Source: Eledone cirrhosa | Lineage: Eukaryota | Reading direction: 5' to 3' | DNA: 64,000 nucleotides | Assembly (NCBI GenBank): GCA_964016885.1 | Contig: OZ024758.1 | Span: 32,860,001-32,924,000, forward strand | Shown: piece by piece, positions 13,301 through 26,647 of the stretch | Layout: each line of letters begins with the position of its first letter | Position numbering within the stretch: the stretch's first letter is position 1 | Position numbers and translations under genes: made by a program | The notes under the pieces: model-generated | Database searches by the model: none | What the model was told of the DNA's origin: nothing | Seen by the model: the letters and a program-made list of their open reading frames with translations, nothing else

Positions 13301-14499
13301 GTGTGTATCATTAAATTAATGAAACAGATAATATAGAAAATGTTATTCTGAAAATCTATTACATTTTAAGAATGTTATTAAAAATAACATTGGAATCAAC
13401 AGAGTTTTATAACTATTTCTTCCACCTCAGAAGTTTTCTACAGTAATGTTGTCTTCTTCCACCTTAGAAGCATGCTTGGGAAGTTTTCTACAATGATGTT
13501 GTCTTCTTCCACCTTAGAAGCATGCTTGGGAAGTGTACTGTGTGCTGTTGTCGTCAGTCAGCAAATATTTTTGGTTCCTAAATAGTTTCTACAAAAGCTG
13601 TCATATTTTGGTAGATTTATTCAACTAAAAGAACAGAAAAATGTCACATGTTGACAGATTCAGTGTTACACAGTGACTGTAGAAGCACTGAATGTGCTGC
13701 AAGCTATAATTGACAATTACTGGGTGCTATGTTATCAGAGATGATCCAAATTTCAGTTTGAAAATACCAAACACTCTTAGTATCATTCAATTACATTCTG
13801 AGTATGTCCTTGGAACACAAATTCTGTGAACTGCATTCACAGAACAAAAGAGGGTATGGGAGAGAGAAACAAGTAAATAAGGATTTGATTTTCTCTCTCT
13901 TTTTTTGTCATTTTCTCATAAAAACTTTATAAGGAGAAAAATGGAATCAGATGGTTGGGTCATATTTTGAGAAATGATGAAAGTCACTAGGTGAGAGGAG
14001 TGCTGGAAATGAATGTGTGTGTGGGGGGTGGGGGGGGGGGGGTTAGAAGATGAGGAAGAGTAAGAAAAACATGGTTAGAAGTGATGGCGGAGGAAATGAA
14101 AGGAGGGAGATGATAGGGTAAAATGGAGAAACTTGTAATGGTGTTGCCAGGAGTTGGGACCAGTAGATAGTATTAGCAATTGAAAAGACAAATGGAAACA
14201 TTCCTTGGTCTGATTTGACGTGTTCCAGCCCACTTGGTAAGCAGATGAGGTCTGGGATCTTGTCAATTGAATCTTTGTTTTAGCAGGGGAAAATTGCCTT
14301 AACAGTTTGATGTATGTTGCTTTTGTTGTCACTTTAATCAGACAAAATATCTATTTTTTATTTATTTAGTATCACAATTTGTGAACATTGTTGGTTACAG
14401 GTTTTCAGTGAACCAATGACAAGTTACTGTCTTTTTGATGGCAACAGAGAAATGGGGGTGTTTAACACAATGCAGAAAAAATGTATTGATGGTGTTTAC

Positions 14500-15070
14500 T
14501 TTGATAAGTATCTAATATCAAAGTCTCAGGTTGTTGAGTTTGTGAGTGGAATTTGGTAGACAGAAACTACATGAAAGCCTTTTATATATGTGAGTCTCTC
14601 TCTTTTGCGGATGTAACATCGGCAAAAGAGAGACACACATACACACATATAAAAGGCTTTCACACAGTTTCTGTCTACTAAATTCTACTCAGAATGTCAA
14701 CCTGAGGCTATGATCGCTCTGATCGATCAACAAGATCCCAGACCTCATTCACTTGCCGAGTTGGGTGGACCTTGTCAAATTGGACCAAGGAAACAATGTT
14801 TCCATTCGTATTTCCATTACTGATACTATCTACCTGTTGCAATTCCTGGCAGAAGGAGCAACGTGAAATAAAGTGTCTTGCTCAAGGATACAATGCATCA
14901 CTCGGTCCAAGAATTGAATTCACAACCTCACGATTGTGAATCCAATTCTCTAACTACTAAGCCCCGTACCTTAACTATGGTAGTAGATACTTATCAAAGT
15001 GTTATGTAGGAAGATAGAACCCAGAACAATATGGTGGTGAAACAAACCTCTTAACCACAGAGCCATACCT
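14500..15070. mobile_element. Tail-to-tail inverted SINE-C pair with a nested minus-strand SINE-B copy (~14712-14975)
   Basis: GGAATTTGGTAGACAGAAAC on plus versus GTTTCTGTCTACTAAATTC on minus. SINE-B core GTGAAATAAAGTGTCTTGCTCAAGG at ~14863-14887. The SINE-C head resumes at ~14980-15070. Confidence 0.6.
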
Positions 15071-15804
15071 ATGACTATGATGTACTACAGAATTTCTTTT
15101 CCTGTCTTTTGTCAACTGGTTTTATTTCAAGGAATTTTCATTCACTTTGAATATAATCAATAAAAGAGCACCGAACACCTTTACTGTTGTTCAGTGAGAA
15201 TTTTGTTTCTGTGACATTTTTAAAGAATTTTTTGATATGCTAAAATGTTTAACAAAACTTAGGTATAGTTTGGTATCACTTGTTAAATTCACAAACTCTG
15301 AATATTACATACAATCCTAGTCAAAAGTACTACACTCTTCAACCATTTCCTATCCTTCTAATATGATTGAGCTTGTGAAAAACTCAAGAGGTCTGTGATA
15401 AACCTTATTTCTAAATGTTTTCTCTTAACCTTGTCATGTCTTGTTTGTATTTTCCTGAAGTTTTATGATCTATAATCTTGCAGTAGTTCTCTTCAAACAC
15501 AATACTGTTCAGAATACAAATAATTAATGTAATTTCCAACAATTTTATTTGGTTGGAAAGCAATCAGTCAACAATGGGTGCAGTATAGTATCAGTATATT
15601 TTAAAAAGAATGTAACAGTGAATTTCATAACAGAATTCTCTGTGCAACTCTACGCCCGCCCCTCCATCGTCTCTCTTTCACTCAACAAACCCCTACCTAT
15701 ATGCATGGCAATAAACATAGGTACAAGGTTCATTATTGTTGTAAAATGTATCTCAACAATACCATATACATTTCTGTATTGAGTCAGACTTGTCCTAAAA
15801 TAAG

Positions 15805-16420
15805 GATTTCTAATTTTAGGCACAATGCCAGCAATTTTGGGGGAAGGGAAAACTGATTAAATCGACCCCAGTGCATTACTGGTACTTTATTTTATCAACC
15901 CCGTAAGGATGAAAGGCAAAGCTAATCCTGGCGGGATTTGAACTCGGAACGCAAAGGGCCATAACTCTATGCCACTAAGCATGTTGTCTAACACTCTACC
16001 GATTCTGCCAAATAATATCTAATTTGGGCACAAAGCCAACAATTTGTGGGGAGGGGAAAATCATTTACATCAACCCCACTACATGACCATCACTTTATCA
16101 ATCTTGGAAAGTTTGACCATAGCAGCATTTGAACTGAGAATGTAAAAACATTTTGTTGGACTAACAATTCTGCCACTCCTCTACTCTCATGTCTACAAAT
16201 AATTATTTCTACTTTAGGCACAAGGCCAACAATTTGAAGGGGAGGGGAAAGTCAATTAGATTGACCCCAGTACACACTGGTGCTTTATTTCATCAACTTC
16301 GAAAGGATGAAAGGCAAAGCTAACCTCGACGGGATTTGAATTCAGAACATAAACAGCCGTAACCCTGTGTCACGAAACATGCTGTCCGTCATTCTACCAA
16401 TACTGCTAATCCATCGCCAT
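15805..16420 (-). mobile_element. Cluster of three SINE-A-related copies
   Basis: Each copy has GGCACAA(T/A/G)GCCA..CAATTT, a core resembling CTGGTACTTTATTTTATC..CCC..AAGGATGAAAGGCAAAG, and the B-box complement ATTTGAA(C/T)T. Confidence 0.8.
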
Positions 16421-16939
16421 TGTCTGCAAATAATAAACTATAAACAGTTATTGTTTATTACAGAAGTTGACAATTTCAGAACAGAAGCAATTCTGAGATC
16501 TGTAAAACAAAAATAGACGATAGTAATTATAACAATATTATCATTATCATCACTCTTTAATGTCCATTTTTCCATGCTAGTATGGGTTACATGAGTTGGC
16601 CTGTTGTGAGACAAGCCAGATTAGATGACTGCGTCTTGTTCATACAGAACTGATTCTGGATTGGTTTTTATTGTGGCACCAAGAAAACCACTTTAACAGT
16701 GTGGACTGGGCACATTTTGTCTAGAATAATATTAACTTCAACTAACTTAACATAATTACTAAGTTAACTATTGATAGTTTTCTCAAAATATTTTTTAATA
16801 AATGAATAAATGAATGAATAAATAAATAAAGAAAGAAAGAAAGAAGAAAAAGAAGAGGAGGATGAGAAGAACCAGCCAATTTTGTCCAGAAGGAGAGAGT
16901 GTTAGGGAAGAAATGAGAAAGAAATATAGAGGAAGAATC

Positions 16940-17093
16940 AACCCCAGTACTTGACTGGTACTTTTTTATTGACCTTGAAGAGATAAAAAGCAAAGTTGGC
17001 TTAGACAGATTTTGAACCCTGAGCATCGAGAACCAGATCAAATACCACAATGCATTCAACCGACCATTCTAACATGTCTGCCAATTCACTGCC
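16940..17093 (-). mobile_element. Diverged SINE-A copy
   Basis: ACCCCAGTACTTGACTGGTAC...AAGCAAAGTTG...TTTTGAACCC...CTGCCAATTCAC. Confidence 0.6.
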
Positions 17094-17539
17094 TTAAGAA
17101 GAAGATACTTATACAAACGATCTACAAAGAGAAAATAAAACATACAAATCTGGCGTAATTTCAGCAACAAACATGCATTTAAACAATTTACTGTCATTCA
17201 TTGAAAAGTGAACTTCACCTAAAGAACATTCTTGTTTGATAATTCCCAGAAAACTATAGACTGTAAGGAAGACAGAACTCATCCCATTGTCAGTATTTTT
17301 GTTCTAATCTAAAATGACAGTCATATGCTAATTGAAAACAATGTTGAGATTATTTGTTTTTTCTGCCTGTAGGTAACTTGGCAGTAGCTTCCTTGTGATC
17401 TAAATCATATTGTAATAAATGACAGGAATCTTTATAATATGTAAAGGACAAAAACCTGTGAAAACACCCATGAAAACATACCCACAGAAAATTATAGTGA
17501 TATATATATATATTTGGACAGCACAGAATATTTGAATAT

Positions 17540-17760
17540 TTCTTCTTTTCTTTATCCACTTATTCCTGTGAGGGTCGTGGGGGAAGAGTTCTCAAACACT
17601 CTTTCCAGCAGGTCCTGTCAGAAGCAAGTGTCTCCAACTGATCTGGCTGGATCCCCACGCATGACCAGCCAAGCTCATGGATGTTATCCTGCTCAGGTCT
17701 ACCCCTGGGTCTCTTGCCAGTTGATTTTGCCCATAAAATCTGTCCAGCAATTCTTTCCCG
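17540..17760 (-). mobile_element. 3' end of an RTE-like LINE (same lineage as 45735-46480)
   Basis: Shares CTCAAACACTC..CCAGCAGGTCCTG.CAG.AGCAA...GACCAGCCAAG.TCATG...TTTTGCCCATAAAATCTGTCCAG with 45790-45945. Confidence 0.65.
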
Positions 17761-17779
17761 GCATAAGAATCTTTTACTT

Positions 17780-17976
17780 AATGCATAAACTCGAATATAA
17801 GCTGACCCACTGTTGTATGTCTGAGAACTAGGTAAAATCCAAACCTCATTTATGTAGAATTTGAAGTTGGGTGAAAATTGTCAAAATATTGACCCCAAAT
17901 ATAAGTTGACACCCCTCTCCTTCTACCATCAATTTTTTGGTCACATATTCCTTGGCTTATATTTGAGTATATGGTA
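17780..17976. mobile_element. Degenerate Tc1/mariner-superfamily-like MITE
   Basis: Imperfect terminal inverted repeats CTCGAATATAAGCTGA ... TTGGCTTATATTTGAGTATATGGTA. An inverted partial copy lies at 24540-24656. Confidence 0.45.
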
Positions 17977-18574
17977 AGTTGCGTGCTTATGGTCTTGATT
18001 AATGTCTCAATTCTTGAAACAGAAGCTTCTTGTCAGATCATAACATTGCTTTGTTGTAGACTGTTTCCAATTCACATTCCACTCTACATTAACCCTCTTC
18101 TGGCTGTATTTCTAATGAAATACACTATATTTTAATACATTAACCCTCTTGTGGCTGTATTTCTAATGAAATACAATATATTTCAATTAATTATTGAAAT
18201 ATTTTGAGTGATTTACTGAAACTCAGCACAATCTGTTTAATGGTCAAGTGGTTGGTGACTAAACTGGCTCCCCCCACCAGACCTTGGTTAGTGGAACCCC
18301 AGCAGCACAAAAAGCAAGAGCTGTTAAAAGGGCAGATGAACTCCTCAGAGTCAACAGCCATGCACGTTAACTATGTGTTAAATAGCCTCCCCCATAATTG
18401 GCCAAGTGTAGTGAGTACGGCTACACCCCTGACCAAAACCAAACAGAAAGTGTTGGAGGTCAACCAAGGAGTGACAAGGCTCTCCATCAGATTCCATCAT
18501 TTCTTACAGTCAGCTTTTTACATCCTAAAAATCTTACTTTCATTTCAATAATCCACTATAAACAGAAATAATAC

Positions 18575-19137
18575 ATACACACACACACAGTCACATACAA
18601 ACACAGAGTCACATACACACACACAGTCACATACACACACACACAGTCATATACACAGACAGTCACATACACACACAAACAGAGTCACATACACAGAGAC
18701 AGTCACATACACACACACACAGTCACATACAAACACAGAGTCACATACACACACACACAGTCATATACACAGACAGTCACATACACACACAAACAGAGTC
18801 ACATACACAGAGACAGTCACATACACACACACACAGTCACACACACACACAGTCACATAAACACACAGTCACATACACACACAGTCACATACACACACAG
18901 TGTCACATACACACACAAACACAGAGACATACACAGTCACATACACACACACAGTCACATACACACACAAATACAGAGTCACATACACAGAAACAGTCAC
19001 ATACACACACAGTCACATACACACACAGTCACATACTCAGAGACAGTCACGTACACACACAGAGTCACATAGACACACACACAGTCACATAGACACACAC
19101 ACAGAATCACATACACGACACAGTGACATACACACAA
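18575..19137. repeat. CA-rich compound micro/minisatellite (CACACAGTCACATA units)
   Basis: Direct reading. Confidence 0.9.
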
Positions 19138-19357
19138 AACTGTATATAGTGAAACCTTATTTCAGTATGCTACAATGGGAAAATAAAAGGAATGGCAACA
19201 CGACTGGAAATGACAGGGAAGAAACGAAAATAAATTCCATTTTATTTTGAAGAAGAAAAACGAAAATAAAAGTAAATTACAAAAGAAAGGCAAATCTATA
19301 AAACTTAATATCTTTATATAACATGAAAGGAAGTGCTTCCAATGTACATCTATATAA

Positions 19358-20896
19358 CCCTACTCTGTATATACTATTGTATTTTCACAGTAAAGGCTTT
19401 ACCTCACATAATATCTCACATAACATTTACATTACTCTATATATACTATTGTATTTTCACAATAAACGCTTTACCTCACATAATATCTCACATAATATTT
19501 ACATTACTCTATATATACTATTGTATTTTCACAGTAAAGGCTTTACCTCACATAACATTTACATTACTCTATATATACTATTGTATTTTCACAGTAAAGG
19601 CTTTATCTCACATAACATTTACATTACTCTATATATACTATTGTATTTTCACAGTAAACGCTTTACCTCACATAATATCTCACATAACATTTACATTCCT
19701 CTATATATACTATTGTATTTTCACAGTAAACGCTTTACCTCACAACATTTACATTACTCTATATATACTATTGTATTTTCACAGTAAAGGCTTTACCTCA
19801 CATAATATCTCACATAACATTTAGATTACTCTATATATACTATTGTATTTTCACAATAAACGCTTTACCTCACATAATATCTCACATAACATTTACATTA
19901 CTCTATATATACTATTGTATTTTCACAGTAAAGGCTTTATCTCACAACATTTACATTACTCTATATATACTATTGTATTTTCACAGTAAAGGCTTTATCT
20001 CACATATCTCACATAACATTTACATTACTCTATATATACTATTGTATTTTCACAATAAACGCTTTACCTCACATAATATCTCACATAACATTTACATTAC
20101 TCTATATATACTATTGTATTTTCACAGTAAACGCTTTACCTCACATTTACATTACTCTATATATACTATTGTATTTTCACAGTAAAGGCTTTATCTCACA
20201 TATCTCACATAACATTTACATTACTCTATATATACTATTGTATTTTCACAGTAAACGCTTTACCTCACATTTACATTACTCTATATATACTATTGTATTT
20301 TCACAGTAAACGCTTTACCTCACATTTACATTACTCTATATATACTATTGTATTTTCACTGTAAAGGCTTTATCTCACATATCTCACATAACATTTACAT
20401 TACTCTATATATACTATTGTATTTTCACAGTAAACGCTTTACCTCACATTTACATTACTCTATATATACTATTGTATTTTCACAGTAAACGCTTTACCTC
20501 ACAACATTTACATTACTCTATATATACCATTGTATTTTCACAGTAAAGGCTTTACCTCACATAACATTTACATTACTCTATATATACTATTGTATTTTCA
20601 CAGTAAAGGCTTTACCTCACATAACATTTACATTACTCTATATATACTATTGTATTTTCACAGTAAAGGCTTTACCTCACATAACATTTACATTACTCTA
20701 TATATACTATTGTATTTTCACGGTAAAGGCTTTACCTCACATAATATCTCACATAGTATTGAATCTATGAGATTTTGATATTAATTATTTAGAGAACAAT
20801 ACTTTAACATTAGTATGAATGGCTAATTACAGCTGGTTTGAACAGAAAGAGGTGAGAGAATTCTGGCCAGATACAGCCGGTTTAAATGCTAAAGGG
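19358..20896 (+). mobile_element. piggyBac-like MITE whose internal segment is amplified into a ~55-72-bp AT-rich tandem array (~19360-20757)
   Basis: The array unit CATTTACATTACTCTATATATACTATTGTATTT and the following unique part GAATCTATGAGATTTTGAT...TTTAAATGCTAAAGGG match the compact MITE at 22747-22938. Confidence 0.8.
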
Positions 20897-22375
20897 TTGT
20901 TAAAGGACTGCCATGTATCCACTGAAGGTTATTATCATGACCTCTATTCATGAGGACAGTGTTGTGACATACCTAGGTTGTATATAAATGATGCCAGCAT
21001 AGAAAACATTGAGGTAGTGTGAAGTGTAGTATTATCTACATAGACATACAATGAAATGCTTGCAGTGTTTGAACTCAAAATTAATCAGTTAGTGATCTAT
21101 CTTATCCATTCATCTATTTTACTTCAACCTTGTACAATGTAGCTGTTACATAATTCTTATTAAACAACGTACAAGATCAAATATATATAATTAATAGGTA
21201 TGTTGATAAAAATGCTAATATGGATTTTGAACAATGTACAATTGTAAATGATTAAATACATATATCATTCTTAGTAATTTATCGTTAAAATCATAACATA
21301 TTCTAAATGTCAACATAGTAAATGTCTTAGCTATAAAGAATGACTAATCGATTCATATCTAATAGAAATAATTTTAGAAAAAAAGTTGCCTTTTTTTCTC
21401 ATTTTACTTAAATGCATTTAAACTTATAGATTACTTACAATAATACAAAACATACATAGCTTTTAAAAATTACTATCGATAAAGAAACCACTATTGAATA
21501 TTAAAAGGAAAAAAAACCTTCTGTAGCACATTAGAGGAAATCTTTAGCTAGGTCTACAATTTGAGGACAATATAACAGAACTATGTATATATTAATAGAC
21601 ATTTGATATTTTAGATTTTTATAAAATGCCAGGAGCTATAAACATAGAGTAAAAATATTGTCTCAGGAAAGGCTTATTCTTGTGTGTGCACTTCAATGAG
21701 ACTAGATGTTTCATAATTCCTTTTTCGTATATAACTAAGCCTATTATTACTTCAAAATAGAAAATTATATTTGAAGAAAAAAAAACAAGACAAGAATAAA
21801 AACAAGAAAAAATGTGTGGGGGTGGGGACTAAGAGAGAAAAAACTCCATTGTAAATACTTTTTATATTTAAAAATTGGCACAGATTAGGAAGTTATTCTT
21901 TCTACAACTATTCCAACTCCTATTATGGCTGTTATATGAGCATCGACATAAATTAAAATAGAAGTATTTGGGGATTAATATTTTGATGTCTAGTCCTCGG
22001 GTCAACTCTAAGTAACCAGACCTATTACTGACCCTTTTCATATTAATCCACTGCTCTGGTTTTATGATGCAAAACTATTTAAACAAAGTTTTCTTGAAGA
22101 TTGAATTAGAGCATGAGGGAATTAGAAATTGTCAAATAATAATAATAACTCAATGCAAGGAAGCTGTTAAAACAGCAAAATGCTGTCAATGGCAGTGTTG
22201 GATAAAATATACCTGAAAGGTCAGAAAGCAGCATCTAGAAGTGTGTTGACCTGCAGAAGTGATAGGAAGAAAACAGACGAGATAAGATCACACAAACATT
22301 TTTTTTACCTCATCAGCTCTTAGAATGACTATGGTTTCACATGATTTAACTTAAACTATTTATATTTATCTTAAA

Positions 22376-22676
22376 GTGTAGGCACATGGCTTTGAGGTTA
22401 GAGTATTCGGCTCAAGATCATAAGATTGTGAGTTTGATTCCCAGTGGCGTGCTGCGTCCTTGAGCAAGACACTTTATTTCACGCTGCTCCAGTCCACTCA
22501 GCTGTCAAAAATGGGTTGTACCTGTAATTCATGCTTAACCTCCCTGAGAACTACATTATGGGTACATGTGTCTGTGGAATCCTCAGCCACTTACATGTTA
22601 ATTTCATGAATAGGCTGTTCCATTGATCGTATTGGAACAGTCATCGTCATAACCGACAGAGTACTCCTACTATTAC
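22376..22676 (+). mobile_element. Full-length tRNA-derived SINE family B with 13-bp TSD
   Basis: Head GGCACATGGCTTTGAGGTTAGAG...GTGAGTTTGATTCCC and core CCTTGAGCAAGACACTTTATTTCAC. TSD TATTTATCTTAAA at 22363-22375 and 22677-22689. Confidence 0.85.
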
Positions 22677-22746
22677 TATTTATCTTAAACCAATCAAAAT
22701 TTTATGTAAAAACCTTCATTAAGTTATATTCTAAACATCCACTTAA

Positions 22747-22938
22747 CCCTTTAGCATTTACATTACTCTATATATACTATTGTATTTACCTCACAGAATA
22801 CCGAATCTATGAGATTTTGATATTATTTACTTTGAGAACAATACCTTAGCATCAGTATGAGTGGCCAGTTACGGCCGGTTTGATTAGAAAGAGCTGAAAG
22901 AATTCTGGTTGGATATGGCCGGTTTAAATACTAAAGGG
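22747..22938. mobile_element. piggyBac-like MITE (192 bp)
   Basis: TTAA|CCCTTTAGCATTTA ... TAAATACTAAAGGG|TTAA: TTAA target duplication plus CCCT-starting TIRs, the piggyBac signature. Confidence 0.85.
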
Positions 22939-24329
22939 TTAATAATGAGAAAATTAGTTCTATAACCTATATCCCTCCAAATTCTTGGACAATTATAGAC
23001 ATTGCCTTTTATTAGAAATACAGTAACAAAAAAGTTAAATGCATTCTAGACACAGCATTCCATCTTTTTCCAGGCATAATTTATCTAGGACTATATTAGT
23101 CAATGATCCCTTTTATTTCTAAGATAATGAGAAGTGATTTGATATAACTTGGATGATATTCCTAATATATTCACAGTAAGGTATGGACCTGTAACTCCTG
23201 AAGGAGTCGTAAGGGTAACACGTTGAGATACAACATTTCTCAGGCAGTTTAAAACCTGGTGGAGCCCATCTCCTCACAAAGTCTGAATACAGCAGATTTC
23301 TTCCAGAGAAAGATAGAGAGAAAGAAAGGAAGTAAGAAAGAAATATAAAGATAGAGTCAACCGCACAACCCCAGTACTATCGACATCAAATGGATAAAAA
23401 GCAAAGTTAACTTCAGAATATATTCATAGAGTACATAAAACACTGTCTCTCTATTTGACTTGTCTAAGTTTATATAAATCTATTTGTATTTTTTCTATCA
23501 CTGTAATAGTTTAGTTAATCGAGTATTGTATTCATTTATGTAAATCAATATATTATTTATATAGGCAAGCACAGGAATAAGAGAAGACATCTTGTTCCAA
23601 TTCTTCTCTGATGTAGGCTGTTGTCCAAATATTAGATAATTCTTTTCCTTACAGTACACTAACATACTTCATCTTTGGTTTCATTTATCAATATTTACTT
23701 TAAACATTTATTGTAATTATTGACAATTTGGTATTTGTAGTATTTGCTTAAACATTTGTTCCAGCTCTGTTTGAGATAGACACATAAGTTGTGTATAGAT
23801 TTAATTTTCTTTGGTTGAATCCTTTTGTAACTATATTTCAGATGAAATACACTGTTTACATATTTCAATTAATTTTGAAAATAAAGAATTTCATGGGGTA
23901 ACATTTGACATTATTAAGCTGATGTTTGGAGCATGATTCAACAAACAAACAAATTCTATATACTGTATATATAATAGCTGCAACTCAATTTCGAGTAATG
24001 CCACCACTTGATACTTAAGCTTGAGCATCATGGATGTCGCTTTTTAGTCCTGTTAGGGACTTGCCTAAGGCCAGTAATACCATGCATCGCAAATAATGTC
24101 ACATATCAAGCGATGCCTGTTCTTGAAGCTTTTTTAAGTGAGGAAAGGCTTTGCACGGATCAATCCCACTCTCTGAACATCAAATGCATTTACCCAAAAA
24201 GAAGAACTGATCTACATCATTGGATGTAAATGAAGCCGCAGGTTTTATATCAGAGTAACTTTCTAGAGAGTTGTCTTTATGAAGCCTAGGGGTCTCTCTC
24301 TCCACAAAAAGAAAAAAGAAAAAGTATAC

Positions 24330-24541
24330 TTGCCAGGACACTGCATCCTTTAAAACCTCCATGCTTCCTGAAATTCACCAACACTACACCTAATTTTCCT
24401 CCTCCATACACATGCACACATGTATATCATAACTTATACACTGTTCACTTTCCTGACATTTGTACATTATTCTATGTACTATACATGCACCTTTGATGAA
24501 TTGTAGTGCACCTGAGCACTGTACAATAATTTCATTATTAT
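24330..24541 (+). mobile_element. Probable CR1/L2-group LINE 3' end
   Basis: CQDTASFKTSMLPEIHQHYT* resembles the C-terminal xxFKxxL motif of CR1/L2 ORF2. It is followed by a 3'UTR ending TAGTGCACCTGAGCACTGTACAATAATTTCATTATTAT. Confidence 0.45.
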
Positions 24542-25149
24542 AAGCCAACCAATATGCGTCAAAAAAGATTTATGATAATATGGGAGGGTCAGCTAATATT
24601 CGAGGTCAATATTTTACTGATTTTCACCAACTTCAAAATTCTACGTAAATGAGGTGCTAAAATATTTTCACTTTGGGGGAGAATATTACATCGGTTTCAC
24701 TTAGGAGGTGAATATTACACCAGTTTCGCTTTCAACATGAAATTCGTTTTTTGATGTATTTTGAATGAATGTGGCCTTCAAAACAGTCAGAAATTGGTAA
24801 AAAAAAAATCATTATGTAATGGAGTTGGGAAACAAAAACTATACTATAAATGACACTTAAAATATTTTAACAAAATAATAAAATTTCATAAATATATTTT
24901 CTCCACTCATGAGGATTTCAAAACCCCACCATCCAAACAATGTGTTGATTAATTGCTTTAGTTTATACACGTGGTTTTAGATTTTTGCTCTTTTCTCAGA
25001 CATGAAAAAGAGAGACAGCTATGTAAAGCCCCACAGTTTGTAAGAATATAAAGCAGCTCAAATTCTTGTTCAAATAACACCAAAATGATTACAGCTTAGA
25101 AAGCACTAGAAACAGAAATAATAGATAACCCACACCTATGCTTTTGAAT

Positions 25150-25396
25150 TTAGTCTGTCTCAAGCCCACAGGTTCACCAGGCGAGAGCTTATCCCGGTTT
25201 CCATATATAGGATGTCAATCCATCACAGGGTTAAACCCCCAGCTATTGCTGGTACTCGTTTTCAGCTGAGTATACTGGAGCAATGTGAAATGCAGTGCTT
25301 TGCTTAAGAACACAACACACAACTCAGTCCAGAAATCGAACCCACAACATTACGATTGTAAGTCCAACACCCTTACCTCTAGGCCATGCACCTCCA
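25150..25396 (-). mobile_element. SINE-B copy with an alternative 3' tail
   Basis: Minus-strand head GGAGGTGCATGGCCTAGAGGTAAGG and core complement CAGCTGAGTATACTGGAGCAATGTGAAAT. Confidence 0.7.
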
Positions 25397-25594
25397 CTAT
25401 TTTCATCTTAGGATATTTCTAAAATAGATTTTGTATGTCAACTCAAGATATAGTTTTAACTTACTTGTCAATGTATGCCCAATGTTTGCAATGGTGACAG
25501 AATACTGAGTTAAATTTCAAGGACCTTGTAGTAGAAAATATGACATTATTTATTAAGGTCAGAAAATTGCTTCCCACCTACTTAATAGTATTAT

Positions 25595-25695
25595 AATTGT
25601 TTCTATTTTTGGCACAAGGCCAGCAATTACCCAGTACATTACTGGTACTTTATTTTATCGACCCCGTAAGGATGAAAGGCAAAGTTGACCTTGGC
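25595..25695 (-). mobile_element. 5'-truncated SINE-A
   Basis: AATTGTTTCTATTTTTGGCACAAGGCCAGCAATTACCCAGTAC...GCAAAGTTGACC. Confidence 0.8.
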
Positions 25696-25713
25696 TTATA
25701 ATATAGTGTAATA

Positions 25714-26442
25714 TGGTGGATTGGCAGTATCAGTAGAGTGTCAGACACCATAATTTACAACACAGAGTTATGGCCCTTTACGTCCTGAGATCAAATCCCA
25801 CCGAGATTAACTTTGCTTTCATCCTTATGGGGTTGATAAAATAAAGTACCAGTAATGCTCTGGAGTAATTGCTGGCCTTGTGCCAAAAGTAGAAATAAAC
25901 GAATTGAGAGAGAGACTGAGCATAAGAGGAATCAACTGCTGTGTACAGGAGAAGAGGTTGCGTTGGTATGGAGATGTGATGCGTATGAAGGATGACAGCT
26001 GCATAAAAAGGTGCAGAGCACTAGAAGTCGATGGAAGTCGTGGAGTGGGGAGACCCAAGAAGACCTGGGATGAGGTGATAAAAGCCGACCTTACCCAATT
26101 ACACCTCCCAAAGGCGATGACATACGACCGTGACCTCTGGCATCACGCAGTAATACAGAAGACCCGACCCCCCACGGGTACAAGCCGAAGCTGAAGCATA
26201 TAGATAATATGCCCCCACCCCCTCCTACTGCAAAGTGGTCGTGGGAGTGCCACGGCAAAAAAGCACCCAGCACTCACTGTAAATGAGGTTGGTGTTGGGA
26301 CGGGCATCCAGCTGTAGAAATCAAGCCAGAATCAGTTCCCGTACGAGCAAGACAAGGTCAGCCGACTGGACACTGCCCACAACAGGACAACCCGTCTAAC
26401 CCATGCTAGCGAGGAAGAACGGACGTAAAACGATGATGATGA
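25714..26442 (+). mobile_element. Full SINE-A (25714-25895) fused to a 5'-truncated RTE LINE 3' end (25896-26442)
   Basis: ORF ...RLRWYGDVMRM...GRPKKTW is nearly identical to 60550-60843. Ends in a (GAT)n tail. TGTAATA flanks both ends. Confidence 0.85.
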
Positions 26443-26647
26443 TGTAATACAAAAATAACTAAGAATAATACACAGACCTCCACTATAACTTTCACAATGA
26501 TATATGCCTGGAGAATGTGGGAGAACCCAACGCACATTCTACCACAGAATACAGAAAATGTGGCCCCAGAGGATAGTAAGGTAGACATGTTGAGATATTC
26601 ATTCTTTCTCACAGGGCTCCGAGTGTGGGTGGCCAACACCAACCTGA

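Noticed and set aside
12748-13319. His-rich or Gly-rich protein ORFs
   Set aside because: Trinucleotide microsatellite next to a SINE tail; open in several frames, with no splice or homology support.
13418-13533. 50-bp local tandem duplication (similar ones at 18087-18180, 43743-43791, 50898-50959)
   Set aside because: Ordinary short duplications with no additional structure.
22205-22270. Possible minus-strand micro-exon (CTGCAG|...CAG|GTATAT)
   Set aside because: It has a stop in the phase needed to join the candidate exon at 28639, and no other support.
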